Source: Marsupella aquatica (lineage: Eukaryota > Plantae > Marchantiophyta). From it: a stretch of 64,000 bases of DNA. Positions 12,721 through 24,146 of this stretch are shown here, piece after piece. Position numbers and translations under genes: made by a program. The stretch is taken from positions 8,559,241-8,623,240 of the forward strand of contig OZ316899.1 of assembly GCA_973895155.1 (NCBI GenBank). Direction: 5' to 3'. The notes beneath the pieces are model-generated. The model saw only the letters and a program-made list of their open reading frames with translations. It ran no database searches and had not been told where the DNA came from. Within the stretch, counting starts at the first letter, position 1, and each line of letters opens with the position of its first letter.

Positions 12721-15700
12721 TTACTCGGAAGAGTCATCACTATCGGTTTCATCTGCAGCTGCACGACGCTCTCCCTTTTCCTCCTCAGAGTTTCTTGTAC
12801 CTTGTTCCTCTCCACCTTCACTCGATTCATCATCAGAATCAAAATTGAGAACCGACCGAAGCTTATCTCTCTTTTTTCTGTCGGCAGTAGGAACAGGTGG
12901 AGGTAACACTGCAATCTCTTTGGGAGACAACAAATCCATGAAAACCTTTGAAGCGGTTTCAATAAATTCTTTCCGGTGTTCTATCCCGAGTACAAATCGT
13001 CCAGAGAAGTCGCCAGCAATGTAAGAGCCTCCAGCCCCAGCAGTCCAATCCATAAAAATATCACGAGGCCGTGTGACAAGCTCTATAACAGATTGCATAA
13101 AACCCACAAACAGACGAGCATTTCCAGCAAACTCCATTTGCGGGAATGGATCTTATTTGAGCGAAGAGAGTCCGATCAAATTGGTAACCGAAGGGTCCTC
13201 ACTGATGGACAGCGGCCAAAATTTGGGGTCTTTGGGAATTTTACATTTCCCATTAATTCGGCCAAATATGTCGAGCCTGAGGGTAAACATCTCTCGGTCT
13301 GTCTTTGCCGCATACATCGGGTCAGACATCACAACATTATGCGAGCATATACACTGAAATTTCCTTGACTCCTGACAGGCAGCAATGACTTGCGACATGG
13401 GATCGTACTCCCCATTGTGTAGAATTACAAGGAACCCATCATCTGATAAAAATGGATCCATGGATTTGAAAAAAGATCTCGCCATTGAGTGATCTGGAAT
13501 GTTCCATTTAGGAACCTTCTTATCAATGATAGATGGTTTGAACCCGGTCGGTAGGTAAATGAAGCCGGCATCCACTCCAAACGATCTTACTTTTCCCCCC
13601 CGAACAACTCCCTTCTCTTTAAATCCCAACTTAACGAGGTCTTTTCCCCATTTCTCCACATCACTAACCCACTCGGGCTTCTCCTCCTTGTTGAACGTCG
13701 AGTCAAAAAATTCAGAAAGGCTTGTCTTAACCATGCAATGGCGAGACACAGTTGTTTTGAAGTTTCCAACTTCACGTTGGAAACCAGAAGCTATAACACT
13801 CTCCCTTAAAGATTGTCCACCTTCGACAGCTCTCTTTCGTTTCTTCCTGGTACTCGTGGCGTCGATAGGAACTATAACCTTCCCTTTGTCGACTGGAGTA
13901 ATGGGGTCCGATCGAGCTCCCGTGTTTGCCTCGGAAACTTCAGGTGTAGCATCCTTTTTAGTATCTCCTGTTCCCACCGTATTAGACTTCCTCCCTCCTA
14001 AAATATAACCAGGTCGTAGTTAGAATAAGTACTTTTAAAGTATTGAAAGAAGCTAGCGCCTGGCGCTAACCAAATGCAATTCACTTAAGTCGCAACCGAA
14101 GCCTAATAACCAAGAAAGAGAATACCCTCAACATAATATTTTTTGCCAGCGCCTGGCGCTGGCAAAATCATGGATAGCAATACTTACTCTTCTTTCCAGA
14201 TTTAGTAGACTCGCTCGGTGCTGCTAGCTCCGCTTTGGCTTTCGCGCAAGGTTTGCGACTCCGGTCCACATGCACAACAGTTGTTTCACAGATAGTTTGC
14301 AAGTTTGTGGCAGACTTGTCTACATCGTCAAGTAGACCCTGCTTCATGTCGGACACAAGTTTTGCTGGTATCTGAGACTTTGAAAGCTTATGGAAGGCAT
14401 CTTTTTCCCTTTGATCAAAAGGAGAATCCCATCTATCTGTATCTAGATACCAGGGGCAGTGAGTTCTCTCCCATTCTGTCATTGGTCTCGGAGGAAATAT
14501 GCCCTCCGTGGGGTACATAGAGTACAAATCAGCCAAGGCATCATCTTCACTTATTGAAATCCACTTCATAAAAGCTGCAGGATATGCCCAGAAGTAATCA
14601 GGTTTGGTTACCTCCATGTGCTTGTAGAACCTATACACAAACCTCTTCGCTCGCTTCTGGTTTCTCTGGGTGTAATCTTCTTTGTCAGGGTACTTTGAAG
14701 GCCACATAGTGTGAAAGAACTTATTCTTCACGGAATCACCAAATCTCTTGAATTCATTTGTAACAAACTGAACTAGATCATCAAACGAACTACAATTCCA
14801 CTCTTCCAATCTATTCGCGGACATGGTTTGCTCAACTTCACGTAGACATGAATGTAACATGCCAGCAGCAATTCCCTCCACACTATTCCAAGTGATCCAA
14901 GTGTGGCACCACTGTTTGACTGGATCATTGTTAACACTTGCTGGGTGAAAAAACTGTCTCCGCAGCTCAGGATTGCAATGTGCCACAAGTAAAGTGCTTC
15001 GTAACTTTGGGTCTAGAGCAGAAACAGTGGTGAACAATCGTGCGCGGTCCATCGTACATACAACGGTGTCAGGCTTCTTCTCTCTCTTGTTTCTCTCTAT
15101 GACAACATACATTTCTGTACATGTACTGAGGAAATCTTCAAATTCAGGACTTAATAAGGGCGTAATTTTTGAAGACTTCACTGCCCAATCTTTGGTTGCG
15201 TCTTTCATCATGGTCGCATGCCGTTTTGAAATCTCGTCCGCCGACCATGGACTCCCTTGAGCCTCCGCTGCCTCCATGTCGAGTTTGAATTGATGCGAGT
15301 ACGACTTTATCTTATTCTCACAAAGAATGTAAACAAGTGCTTCTTGTGGCATCTTCTTCGTATACCATGACCCCTTCCGAGTTTTCAGCCGAATGCTTTC
15401 AAACTTCTTGAAATTACCCGGGTCAATCAGTTTACTGTAATACTCAAGGTCATGCGCCAGAATTCGTTTGATTCTGTCCGCATCCAGGATCCAGGAAGGC
15501 TCTACAACTGCTTGGCCAAGCCTACACGAACAAACGTTGAGAGTAAGAGTCAATGAAAAACAATTCATGTATAAGCAGCGCCGAGCGCTAGTAAATACAA
15601 CACTCGCAAGATTTAAAGAAAGAACTGGAAATCATGAGAACTTACTGATTCACGGTGTGCATAGCTGCCTCAATTTCAATGAGAGATCCCTTGTCTCCTT

Positions 15701-16431
15701 TAAATATTGTACAGAGCACACGAGGATGATATTTTGGATTGTCCGGGTTCTCCTCTGTTACAAGCGTCCAGGAGTACAGCCTGTGATTTCCATCGAATAC
15801 AGAGAACATCTTATCCTTCAAGACGAGAAAATCCGGGTCAACCTCGCATTCAGCCTCAAACTTCTCGTTCTCCAATTGCCATATTGGATCCCATGAATCA
15901 TGAATGTCCTGGGTACAGGTCAGAACAATTCCATTCTCATCCGTTGGCTGCACATAGAAACGCATCCCTATCGAAGAGTTGTAACCCATACTACGAAAAG
16001 AGTCTTTCAGCTTCTCGATGGAAGAGCTGTCTTTCTGCAGAGTACGAACCACCTCCATGTGAACCAATCGACAGAGGGATTCGAGGTGGCTCCTTGTCAA
16101 ATCCACGAGAATCCTTTCCAAAAGACATGACATGCTTCGAAATGAGATCAGTCTCAGCAAGCGCGCAATCCGCAACATCCTGGATCGCAATTATGTCTAC
16201 GTTGTCCATCTTTCTTCGCAAAGGATTTGGACCCAAAACACCGCTGACAGAAGTGAGCGGCAACAACTTTGAGGAACGAGTTACACGACGTGTATAGACT
16301 GAACCAGTAAACAAAGACTGCGAAGATTCAGAATAAGCTCGCTCCTGGTCAGGAACCACACTATACCCTCTGGAAGAAGAGGGGAATACCTCCATCGTCT
16401 TCCTTCTAGAAGCGTACGAACTATCGTACAA
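12721..16431 (-). pseudogene. Three-exon ParB/Sulfiredoxin-like + beta-class N4C/N6A DNA-methyltransferase-like fusion gene (~1100 aa), with one frameshift and one premature stop
   Basis: Exon 1 has IPLCRLVHMEVVR...VFDGNHR (15780-15794). GT-AG introns 15645-15522 and 14187-13998 join ORFs 15642, 14168 and 13153 in frame. An in-frame TAA at 13153-13155 is followed by ELVTRPRDIFMDWTAGAGGSYIAGDFSGRFVLGIE (SAM-binding motif I region). The motif IV position reads VDAGFIYLPTG. 2-bp frameshift at ~16073. Confidence 0.8.
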
Positions 16432-17304
16432 TGAAATTATGGAACTATAATCATCTCTGAACGTGTAATATATTCTAGCGGGATGATGACATAACCTAGA
16501 GGAAAGCCATTAGCTCTGATGTTTGGCGGTTTCCAACGTCTGTATACGGAAGGTTTAATTACCAAAATCAAACGGTAGAAGATGCGTAACACACACGGAA
16601 GTCATAAGTTACCGTTGAATGTTACCGTTAAAGACATTTCCTAACATCATATCAATACTAGCGTCGGGCGCTAGCATTAATGATGACCATCAAGGTGAAC
16701 AATTTAGAGTATGCTTATAATAGCGCCCGGCGCTAGTACAAACTGGAAGAAATTTAGAGGTCTTTTTTGAAGGAGCTATGACATAAATTTCGGCCTTTCC
16801 ACCCCATATTTTATTAAAGTATCCTTCAGTACATCGTTTACGGAGAAATATTTCTCAAATGTAATACTAGCGCCCGGCGCTAGTATAAATGTTCATTTAT
16901 CATCCATAATCAATCAAAACCATCCTTTGAAGGCACCATTTATTCCCAATTACCACCTGGTATGTGGTCATAATGTTCATTTTAAGGGAATTTATTCTAT
17001 ACTAGCGCCGGGCGCTAGTTTGGAATGTCGAGATTTTAGACACATTTTTAGTGGCGTATTTTAGTTAGCGCCAGGCGCTACTAAAATTTGACAATACCTT
17101 GTCATATCTTATGGTCTGTTTAAGTAAGGTTGGTGATCTTTTTAGCAATATGTTCGTGTCTGACATCCGGACTTCTCGGGGAAAAAACGACAAAAATCAT
17201 TTATGGTGCCAACGGATCCTCCATCGTCAATGTTTTATGTCGTATACAAACGGATCGGTTAACGTCAAATTCCCAGGTTCGACAGATATAAGCTGAACAA
17301 TACC
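16432..17304. promoter_or_regulatory. Divergent promoter region between the ParB-MTase gene and the transposase
   Basis: AT-rich gap between head-to-head genes, containing 5 of the 16 palindromes. Confidence 0.55.
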
Positions 17305-20300
17305 ATGAACTTTTCTTCTTTCAAACGCTATAGCCCTCGGTTTTTGTTTTTGTTCACCATGTCTCGGCCTATCGTTCTTTCTCGATTCGGTTCTGAAGAT
17401 ATTGTGACTATCCCCGTCCCCATGGAAGATACGTACAAGCAGGTCCGGGAGAGGTATCTTTGCGGGAGATTTGATTTGAAGATGAATGACATTGAGGCCA
17501 TTGTTCGAGAGCTCGAATCCATTGATGATATCGAGGATGCTGCAACGTTCAATGTCGATGACGGTGAACGGTTTTGGCATCTCTACGCAGGGATCTCGTA
17601 CTCGGTTCGTTTAAGACAGCATGCAGGACTGTCCAGTTTCCCGCCGGTTCCATGTGATGTGGTTGAGATTTCTTCAAGTGAGGATGGAGATCGTACTCTA
17701 AGTCCACCGTCGAAGAAGAAAAGCCCGCTCCCTGCTGTCGTGAAAGCTGAGACTCCGGGAAGCTCTAAGCAGTTGGAGGTCGTGTACCGGCGCAGTGCGA
17801 TGGATACGTTACTCAAATCAACTGGTCATAGTGAGTTGTCACGGTTCATATCAGCGGGTCATTTCAGGCATGAACAAGTGTCATGTCTGCCAACTAAGTA
17901 CAATGGTAACGTCGTGTTTGAGTTGCCGCCCATTGATAAGATGCTCTCTAAAGGCTCTAGGCTTAGGGACATGGATCGTGCCAAAGATTGTTACATTTGG
18001 ACACGCATATTTCCAACAACTGCAACTGTTCATCCTAAAAACCTTTGGCAGTTTGGGAAGGTTACCTGTACGGGATTCATTGAATGCAGGAACAAGTCCT
18101 GCGACTATTTCCAAAGGAAGAAGAAGGCAAATGCTAAGGCATGGCAGGGTACTCCAAAGCTCAGTGGTCAGTATGCTGTGGGATCTTTCATCGAAGAGGG
18201 AGGTGTTGTTTGTCATTACTGCGAACAGATTCCTTTTTGTGTGAAGTACTGCCCTGCCTGTTTGTTTTACATGTACCCCCAAGTATTACTTGATGCGGAA
18301 ACATGCAGTCATATGTCCCGCCTGGCAATTCATATAGGTGAGCACAACCATCCAGGCAGAAAAACCTTCTGTAGGAGTGCGGAGAAGATAGCTGAGGATC
18401 TAATTAAAAAAAAACATGAAGCCAATCCTCTGTCAAAACCGGCAGGGATCTTGAATTCTGCTACAGGGTCCTTAGTGAAATCTCTCTGCGAACATGTTGA
18501 CGACATGGTCGATATCGAAGAAACTGAAATATGGAAGTCTTTGGTGGTCCTTTCCACTCTGCAGAAGTTTGCATCTCTTTGTCGGAGCGTTAGGATAGAC
18601 CAAAAAGGTCGGGGTGAATTAGATTTTCTGTCGCAAATGCAGAGGAGGATTCATGTGTCGTTTCTCCAGAGGTATTTGCTTCCAGGTCAGGGATGTCAGA
18701 AGGATAGGCCTCACATCTTTAAAATGACCGTGAAAGGTCACGGTTCCGGTGTGGATCTTTTGAGGCAGATGCAACTGGGTGGAAGACTCGAAGGAGCCTG
18801 GGTAAGTTTCGATGTGATGCAGCGTGTCACCACGGATTGGTTTACTTTCAGCGCACACGTCTACGACCACAATTTCCGTGCACTGTGTACAATTTTCACA
18901 TGCGAGTTGAAAGGTGAAGACACTGAGTCATTCGAAAGGCATGGAGAGTGATGATTGAGGTTTGCAAAGAAAATGAACTTCAGGAGGTTGTCATCCAAGG
19001 ATTTATGGTCGACAATGCACAAGCTGGATGGAATGCAGTGCGAAATGTTTTTTTTGGTGGACACCCGGACCCGGAGAGGGAGCGCTCTGATGAATTTCAC
19101 TTTTATCAATCTTTTCATCGTCATTCCAAGGAAGGAGTACTGGAAGAATGTCAATCGGAGCATCAGAGACTTTGGGAGAAACTGAGAAATGCTCCATCAT
19201 TTGTGGCAGCATACCGGGTGTCCCGAGAGATTGTTGTGTGGTGGCAATCAGGAAACTGTGTCCCCGGAAAGCTGAAGATGCTGCAAAGCTGGATATCTTG
19301 GTGGGTTGTTCGCTGGCGCCAGTGGGGCAATTTTATTCGAGTGGTAAGGCATCCATCTATCTAGACTGTAATGTTCATCAACTTCATATTAGCGCCAGAC
19401 GCTGGTTATTTCTCCATACACGTCAAAACAAGTAGTACAAGAAATTGAAGCCAATATGTAGTTAGAATTCAGTATTAAACATTGAAATTGTATTTCAGGC
19501 CTGTTCTACATATTTATGTTGCCAGCGCCGGGCGCTGGTAATAGAATACTACTTACGGTTGACATTTTCGTATGGCAGAGCAAAAGCGCTGAGGAAGGTG
19601 CCTTGATCCCCAACTGTACAGGGTCAGAATCAAGGCATGCGTCCATGAAAGCCTCGGCTACAAAGAAAAAGGTCGGTCTTTATGAAGCTTGCGAAGTTGA
19701 CCAAAACCGTGCTCTGTCTCAAGTTGCCGGATACAGTGCATACCGTAAAGGCTTGAACCGGGCGAAGGGGCCAACTATATGGGAATTGGCGTTCCGTTTC
19801 GCCGATCAAGCAGGTTCGCCAAGATTGTTTGAAGAAGCGACTAATATGCTTCTATCTAACGCAGCAAAATTCAATTTGGAAAGAAGTACTCCCCTGAATG
19901 GAGATATAATGACGAAGTCAATGAAGAGGAAGGGACATGCAACTGGGACTGTCTCTCCACAAGATTCCCATCGGCATGACACCGTTCCAATAACCACACC
20001 AAATACTCGTGGTTTGAAAAGGAAGAACCTGAACAGAACTGACTTTTCTTCTATTCCCTCAAGTTCTGATCATCCTGTCACAAAGGTGGTGAATCTCTCA
20101 GGTATGGTCACATCAGAGAGTGATACTGATTCACTGGACTATACTCCTCAAACAACCTGAACAACAAGATCCTCAAAACCTCCGCTCAGTGCCCCAGCAA
20201 CACTTCAGAATCAACTTCCACGCACGATTGTGCTAGAGAAGGATGTTCCTCCGGGGCAGTGGCAGTTGCGACGGACATCGAAGTATGGAGCAGGTCTGCA

Positions 20301-21108
20301 ATGCAATGGTACACTGAATGGGAGTTCGGATCGCGATGAGTGTCGAAATCGTATCAAGAAGGTTGGCTTCCATTCGTCTGAAGGTGTTGTCGGAATTGTC
20401 GTGAAGGGCCATCGTCTCTTCAAGGGTGAACCCATCTCTGAAATGATTTGGTTTTGCCCGAACCAAGCGTGTTACAAGAGTCATCCGCGTCGTGGTGTTT
20501 AGAAGCTTCCTCCTTTTCCTGACATTTTGCCTATTCTGAAGGGTACGAGCCTGTCTCCTTCTGAAATTACATTCCTGGAAGAGCAAGGACTTGTATTAGC
20601 GCGAACAACAGGATTGAGTCGATCTGCGCCATCTGCTTTTGACCTCAGGATAAATGTTAACGTGTTCCCAGAAACAATAAGGGTTTTGGAGCCGAATCTC
20701 CGACTTGGTAGTCGGAATGGGAGGAACTCAAGGCCTCGGTCTAATCTCACTGTGGGTCACACGAAGCGAATGGAGTCTGCACGACAAGAAGTGATGAGTT
20801 TGGATGGGGAATGGAATGTTCAGACCGGAAATGCTTTTGGAAAGCAATTTCGAATTCGAACCCATGAGAACCATCGATCACCAAGCACATACTTCGTCCA
20901 AATCTGTATCTTCCCCGCTTGCTCTTGTGAAGACTTCTTCCTCCGACATTCGCGTGGCAAGTCGTACATGCCTTGTAAACATCTATACTGGGTGTACATA
21001 AATGTTTTCAAACTTGAGATTGAGGAGTCGACTCTTTGTAGCCAACCTATTTTGACTTTAGGCGAAGTCAGGCTTGTGCTGGAGAGGCAGAACTTGAATG
21101 GCTTATGA
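17305..21108 (+). pseudogene. MULE transposase: GCM/WRKY-like Zn domain + DDE core + C-terminal SWIM finger; disrupted
   Basis: CTGFIECRNKSC..CHYC..CPAC..IHIGEHNHP; catalytic D (FDVM, 18811), D (MVDNAQAGWNAV, 19011), DxxH (DEFH, 19089), candidate E (GSESRH, 19627); SWIM CSCEDF..PCKH (~20920-20982). Intron 19344-19578; 1-bp frameshift ~18937; in-frame stops at 20158 and 20500. Confidence 0.85.
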
Positions 21109-21946
21109 GAGAGATCGAAACTGCCCAATAGGTCGTCGTTCAATATAACGGTTATTCCCTATTTTGTCTTTTTCCAATGGATATTTTAGTTGTTTTATTG
21201 AGACTTTGTTGGTTAGCGCCGGGCGCTGGTTCTAGGAAACCGGATATTCATTGCTTCATTATGTACGTGCATTGTGGAAGAATGACCTCTTGTTTTATTT
21301 AAAATGTGTAAGTTGATTAAATTGTCTACTGTCTTCAAAGCCTCGAGGATGTGATTTGTCATTTGTTTGTGACGTTACAAGGTCCATTTAATCAACTCCT
21401 TTAGATTGGGTTCATTTGGACTCCACGATTGACATGTGCTATGGTGGGTCCCACTCTAAGGGTCACTATTTGGCGATGAAAATAGATTGATTTGCATGAA
21501 TGTTTCTTTAGGCACACTCCTAATACCATGTTTTTTATCTTCTACAATAAATTGTTGTGTCAATGGAGGATTGATAGTACACTTCATCCATCGGATGGCA
21601 CAAAATAATTGTTTGTTTTAAACTTTATTGCCCCCCGAAAAATTATGCCATTAGAGTGGTGGATATGCACCTTAGAGTGGTGGATATGCACGTTATGGTT
21701 CAGGAAAAACTGGTAACAGGGACAAGCTTATTGGTAACAGGTACAATTTCCCTGTTAACAAAAAATAAACCCCTGGTAACAGGTTTTCTGTTTTCTGTTT
21801 TCTGTCGTGGCTATCATACCCAAAACAAGGGGGATCGGAACGTGATAAAGCAAAACGGGACAACCAAAATGTTCACTCTTCGCAAGAGAAGTCAGGTGGT
21901 CAGGGAGAGGAGCAAGGGAGGAGGGAGCTAGGAGGGAGGAGGGAGG

Positions 21947-22153
21947 AATCTATTGGTTTCCTCTCTATTCGTAACAATTCTTTATTTAGGAGGCTGGTAT
22001 TTTCCCATACCATTTTTTTTGAATTCAATTAATGTAGAATGGAATCCCATTGTACATGGAATTATGGACGTTACCCATATATTATTAGGAATAATGATCA
22101 CAATAGTTAAAGCGTATTCATTTCTGTTCATTTGTATAGTGACGAGATGGACT
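21947..22153 (+). pseudogene. ndhA: NUPT: plastid ndhA fragment
   Basis: Translates NLLVSSLFVTILYLGGW...ITIVKAYSFLFICIVTRWTL, matching the plastid NdhA C-terminal half. AT-rich; absent from paralog copy B at ~56350. Confidence 0.85.
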
Positions 22154-22259
22154 CTTACAAACTCGGCCTTCAATCGATTGGAGCCGCCTTGCCCCATCCG
22201 GTGAGTCACAATGGGCCTCTCTTCTACTCGCTTCAATGCTACTATGATGTTTGCAGGAG

Positions 22260-23272
22260 GTTTTTGAAGTCTTGCTGCTTGAGCTGCCCACTGTCAAAGG
22301 TTCAGTTGGAGGGGGGCCATGTCAATATCCTCCCTGGCAACTCGCTTTTCTTCTGCAATCCTGATTTCGTTGTCCGAATGTCGTCTCTTTAGCCAGGCTC
22401 AAATAGAGAGCTCCTCCTCAAGCCAAGCTGTCCATGCATCCTGGGGAATCACATCTGGACACTGGTGCTCCCTGACCACCTCTGCATCTATTGGCAAATC
22501 AGTAAGGTAATCCCTCATCTTCTCCCGCACATGATTCCTTGCATCTGAAACAGAGGCTGAAATTCGACTGTTTAGAAATCTGTCTTCAAGTTGGGCTCTG
22601 TTCTTGAATCTTTCTTTGATCTGCTCCCCAACCCTGGTCCTCTCCTCCTCTGTTTTCTTACCCCAGTAGTCTAGTGGCCCAAAATTTGCCCTCACAACCT
22701 GCAAGAATTGGCTGCGGAACAAATTGTAGCTCCTAGGCATTGGAGCCCCACCTGAATTGATAGCCAGCTCAGGTTGCAAAGCCCTCTCAGCCTCCCTTTG
22801 CCTTTGCTCCTCAACTCGCAGCCTCTCTGCCTCCTAGCCTCTCTTCAAAGCTTTTTCTCCCTTTTCCGAGGAGAGAGAGCCTCCTCACCATTTGCCCTAG
22901 CCCTCTCCGCCTCCTTTCTCTTCTTCCTCACCTCTTTCTCTGCTGCGAGGCCTGCTGCAGCAGCCTTCTCTGCCTCACCTTTTGAGGCATCAAGCAAAAC
23001 CTGAAGCACCGGGACTACTCTTGCTGCATCCTCCACGGAAAGCCCTGCCTTGGCCACAAACAACTCCCTCATTATCTCCTCATATGGCCGGGATGGCCCA
23101 GCCCCGTCTCCCCCATCACCCGATCCTCCTCCCCCACCATCTCTCCTCCTTCCCGAGCTCCTCCCCTCTCGGCCTTAGAAAATTTTCTGAAATGACTGAT
23201 GTGCAAAGGAAGCCCCGTAGTGTGCGCCTTCGCAAGCGCATCGGGATTTACGGATTTCAAATTTTGAATCAA
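22260..23272 (-). pseudogene. CACTA-1 TnpA-like gene, 5' exons, copy A
   Basis: Broken ORFs 23072-23272, 22845-23072 and 22399-22779 (..CPDVIPQDAWTAW.., similar to the TnpA/Transposase_24-type P..I....W pattern); duplicated at 56460-57471. Confidence 0.5.
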
Positions 23273-24146
23273 GTCCGATTGTTTCTGCTTCGGAACGTCC
23301 GTAGCGTATAGTATTGAATGTCAAATCGGACCTTCCGATGCGTGTTGCATCGGACCCCTCCTCCGGCTCGTTATTCCTCGCTTTTACGAAGTGTGATACG
23401 TTGGAAACGGTATTGGACCCCTCGTGTAATGTTATCGGATAGGGGGTTAAGTAGGGCTTATGTAGGGGTCATGTAGGTGTATGTGGGAAGGACCGGTTGT
23501 ATTAACATTTAATCGTCATGTATGTTTGAATCAGGTTTTATAGGGCCATACATGTAGACACATACCGCAGGGGGTTGGCAACGGTGTCGTGGATGTGATA
23601 TATCGACCTTCTTGCAATTTTGGGGTTTGTACCTGAATCCATATTTTTTTGTGATATACTTTGGTTATCCATGTTCAATTTGCTAATATTCGTCTTTGGG
23701 TTTGATGTGCAGTATCTTGGTTTTGAAGGGGTGGTTAAGTTTTTGTAGGGTGTTAGCTAGGTAGGTTATTTTGCAATGCACTATGCACAGTGTGAGACCG
23801 CGCATCCAAAAGGTATGATGCCCCATCCATTTATTCCTTGGTCCTTTAGGCTATTTCAGGTTTGGCATGCAAGTTTTTATCATATGTGCTTGAGCTTGTT
23901 TTCGGCAATTGTAGATCATGCATGCTCATTATGAAAATGTCCACCTTGCAGAGATTTTGGATATCCCCACACTTTGTGTGTAGAGAATACGGCCTAGTAG
24001 GCACGGCAGAGCGCGGGTATCATTGAGGTATAGCAAGTGTTGTATATATGTCTCTCATTCAATTGTTTTTCTAGACATAAATATTTGTCTTGCTGGTTTT
24101 TTTCTTTCATCCAACATATTGTCATGGTTGTATGATATATATGCAG

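Larger units (their letters stand above)
11003..21227. promoter_or_regulatory. 16 dispersed palindromes AGCGCCNGGCGCT (often TAGCGCCNGGCGCTA), putative protein-binding sites
   Basis: Core starts at 11003, 11126, 11228, 12154, 12260, 14055, 14148, 15577, 16660, 16722, 16869, 17004, 17067, 19391, 19524, 21215. Ten are perfect and six carry a single transition. Function is inferred. Confidence 0.85.
10566..21821 (+). mobile_element. Mutator-like (MULE) DNA transposon, 11.26 kb
   Basis: 9-bp TSD AAAACAAGG at 10557-10565 and 21822-21830. The empty site GAGAGC-AAAACAAGG-GGGATCGG is present in copy B at ~56225-56247. Ends GGGAATTTACAAACGAC...GTCGTGGCTATCATACCC; subterminal (G)GTAACAG/GGTACCAG repeats at both ends; MULE-type transposase inside. 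Confidence 0.92.

Noticed and set aside
12721-16431. Bacterial or phage contamination explaining ParB/MTase
   Set aside because: The gene has in-frame GT-AG introns and lies inside a TSD-bounded plant transposon whose empty site is in the same window.
11003-21227. Palindromes as a CRISPR array or REP elements
   Set aside because: Spacing is irregular (60 bp to >2 kb), the repeats are only 13-15 bp, there are no cas genes, and the context is eukaryotic with introns.
21651-21691. 20-bp tandem duplication TTAGAGTGGTGGATATGCAC
   Set aside because: A simple local slippage event with no evidence of function.
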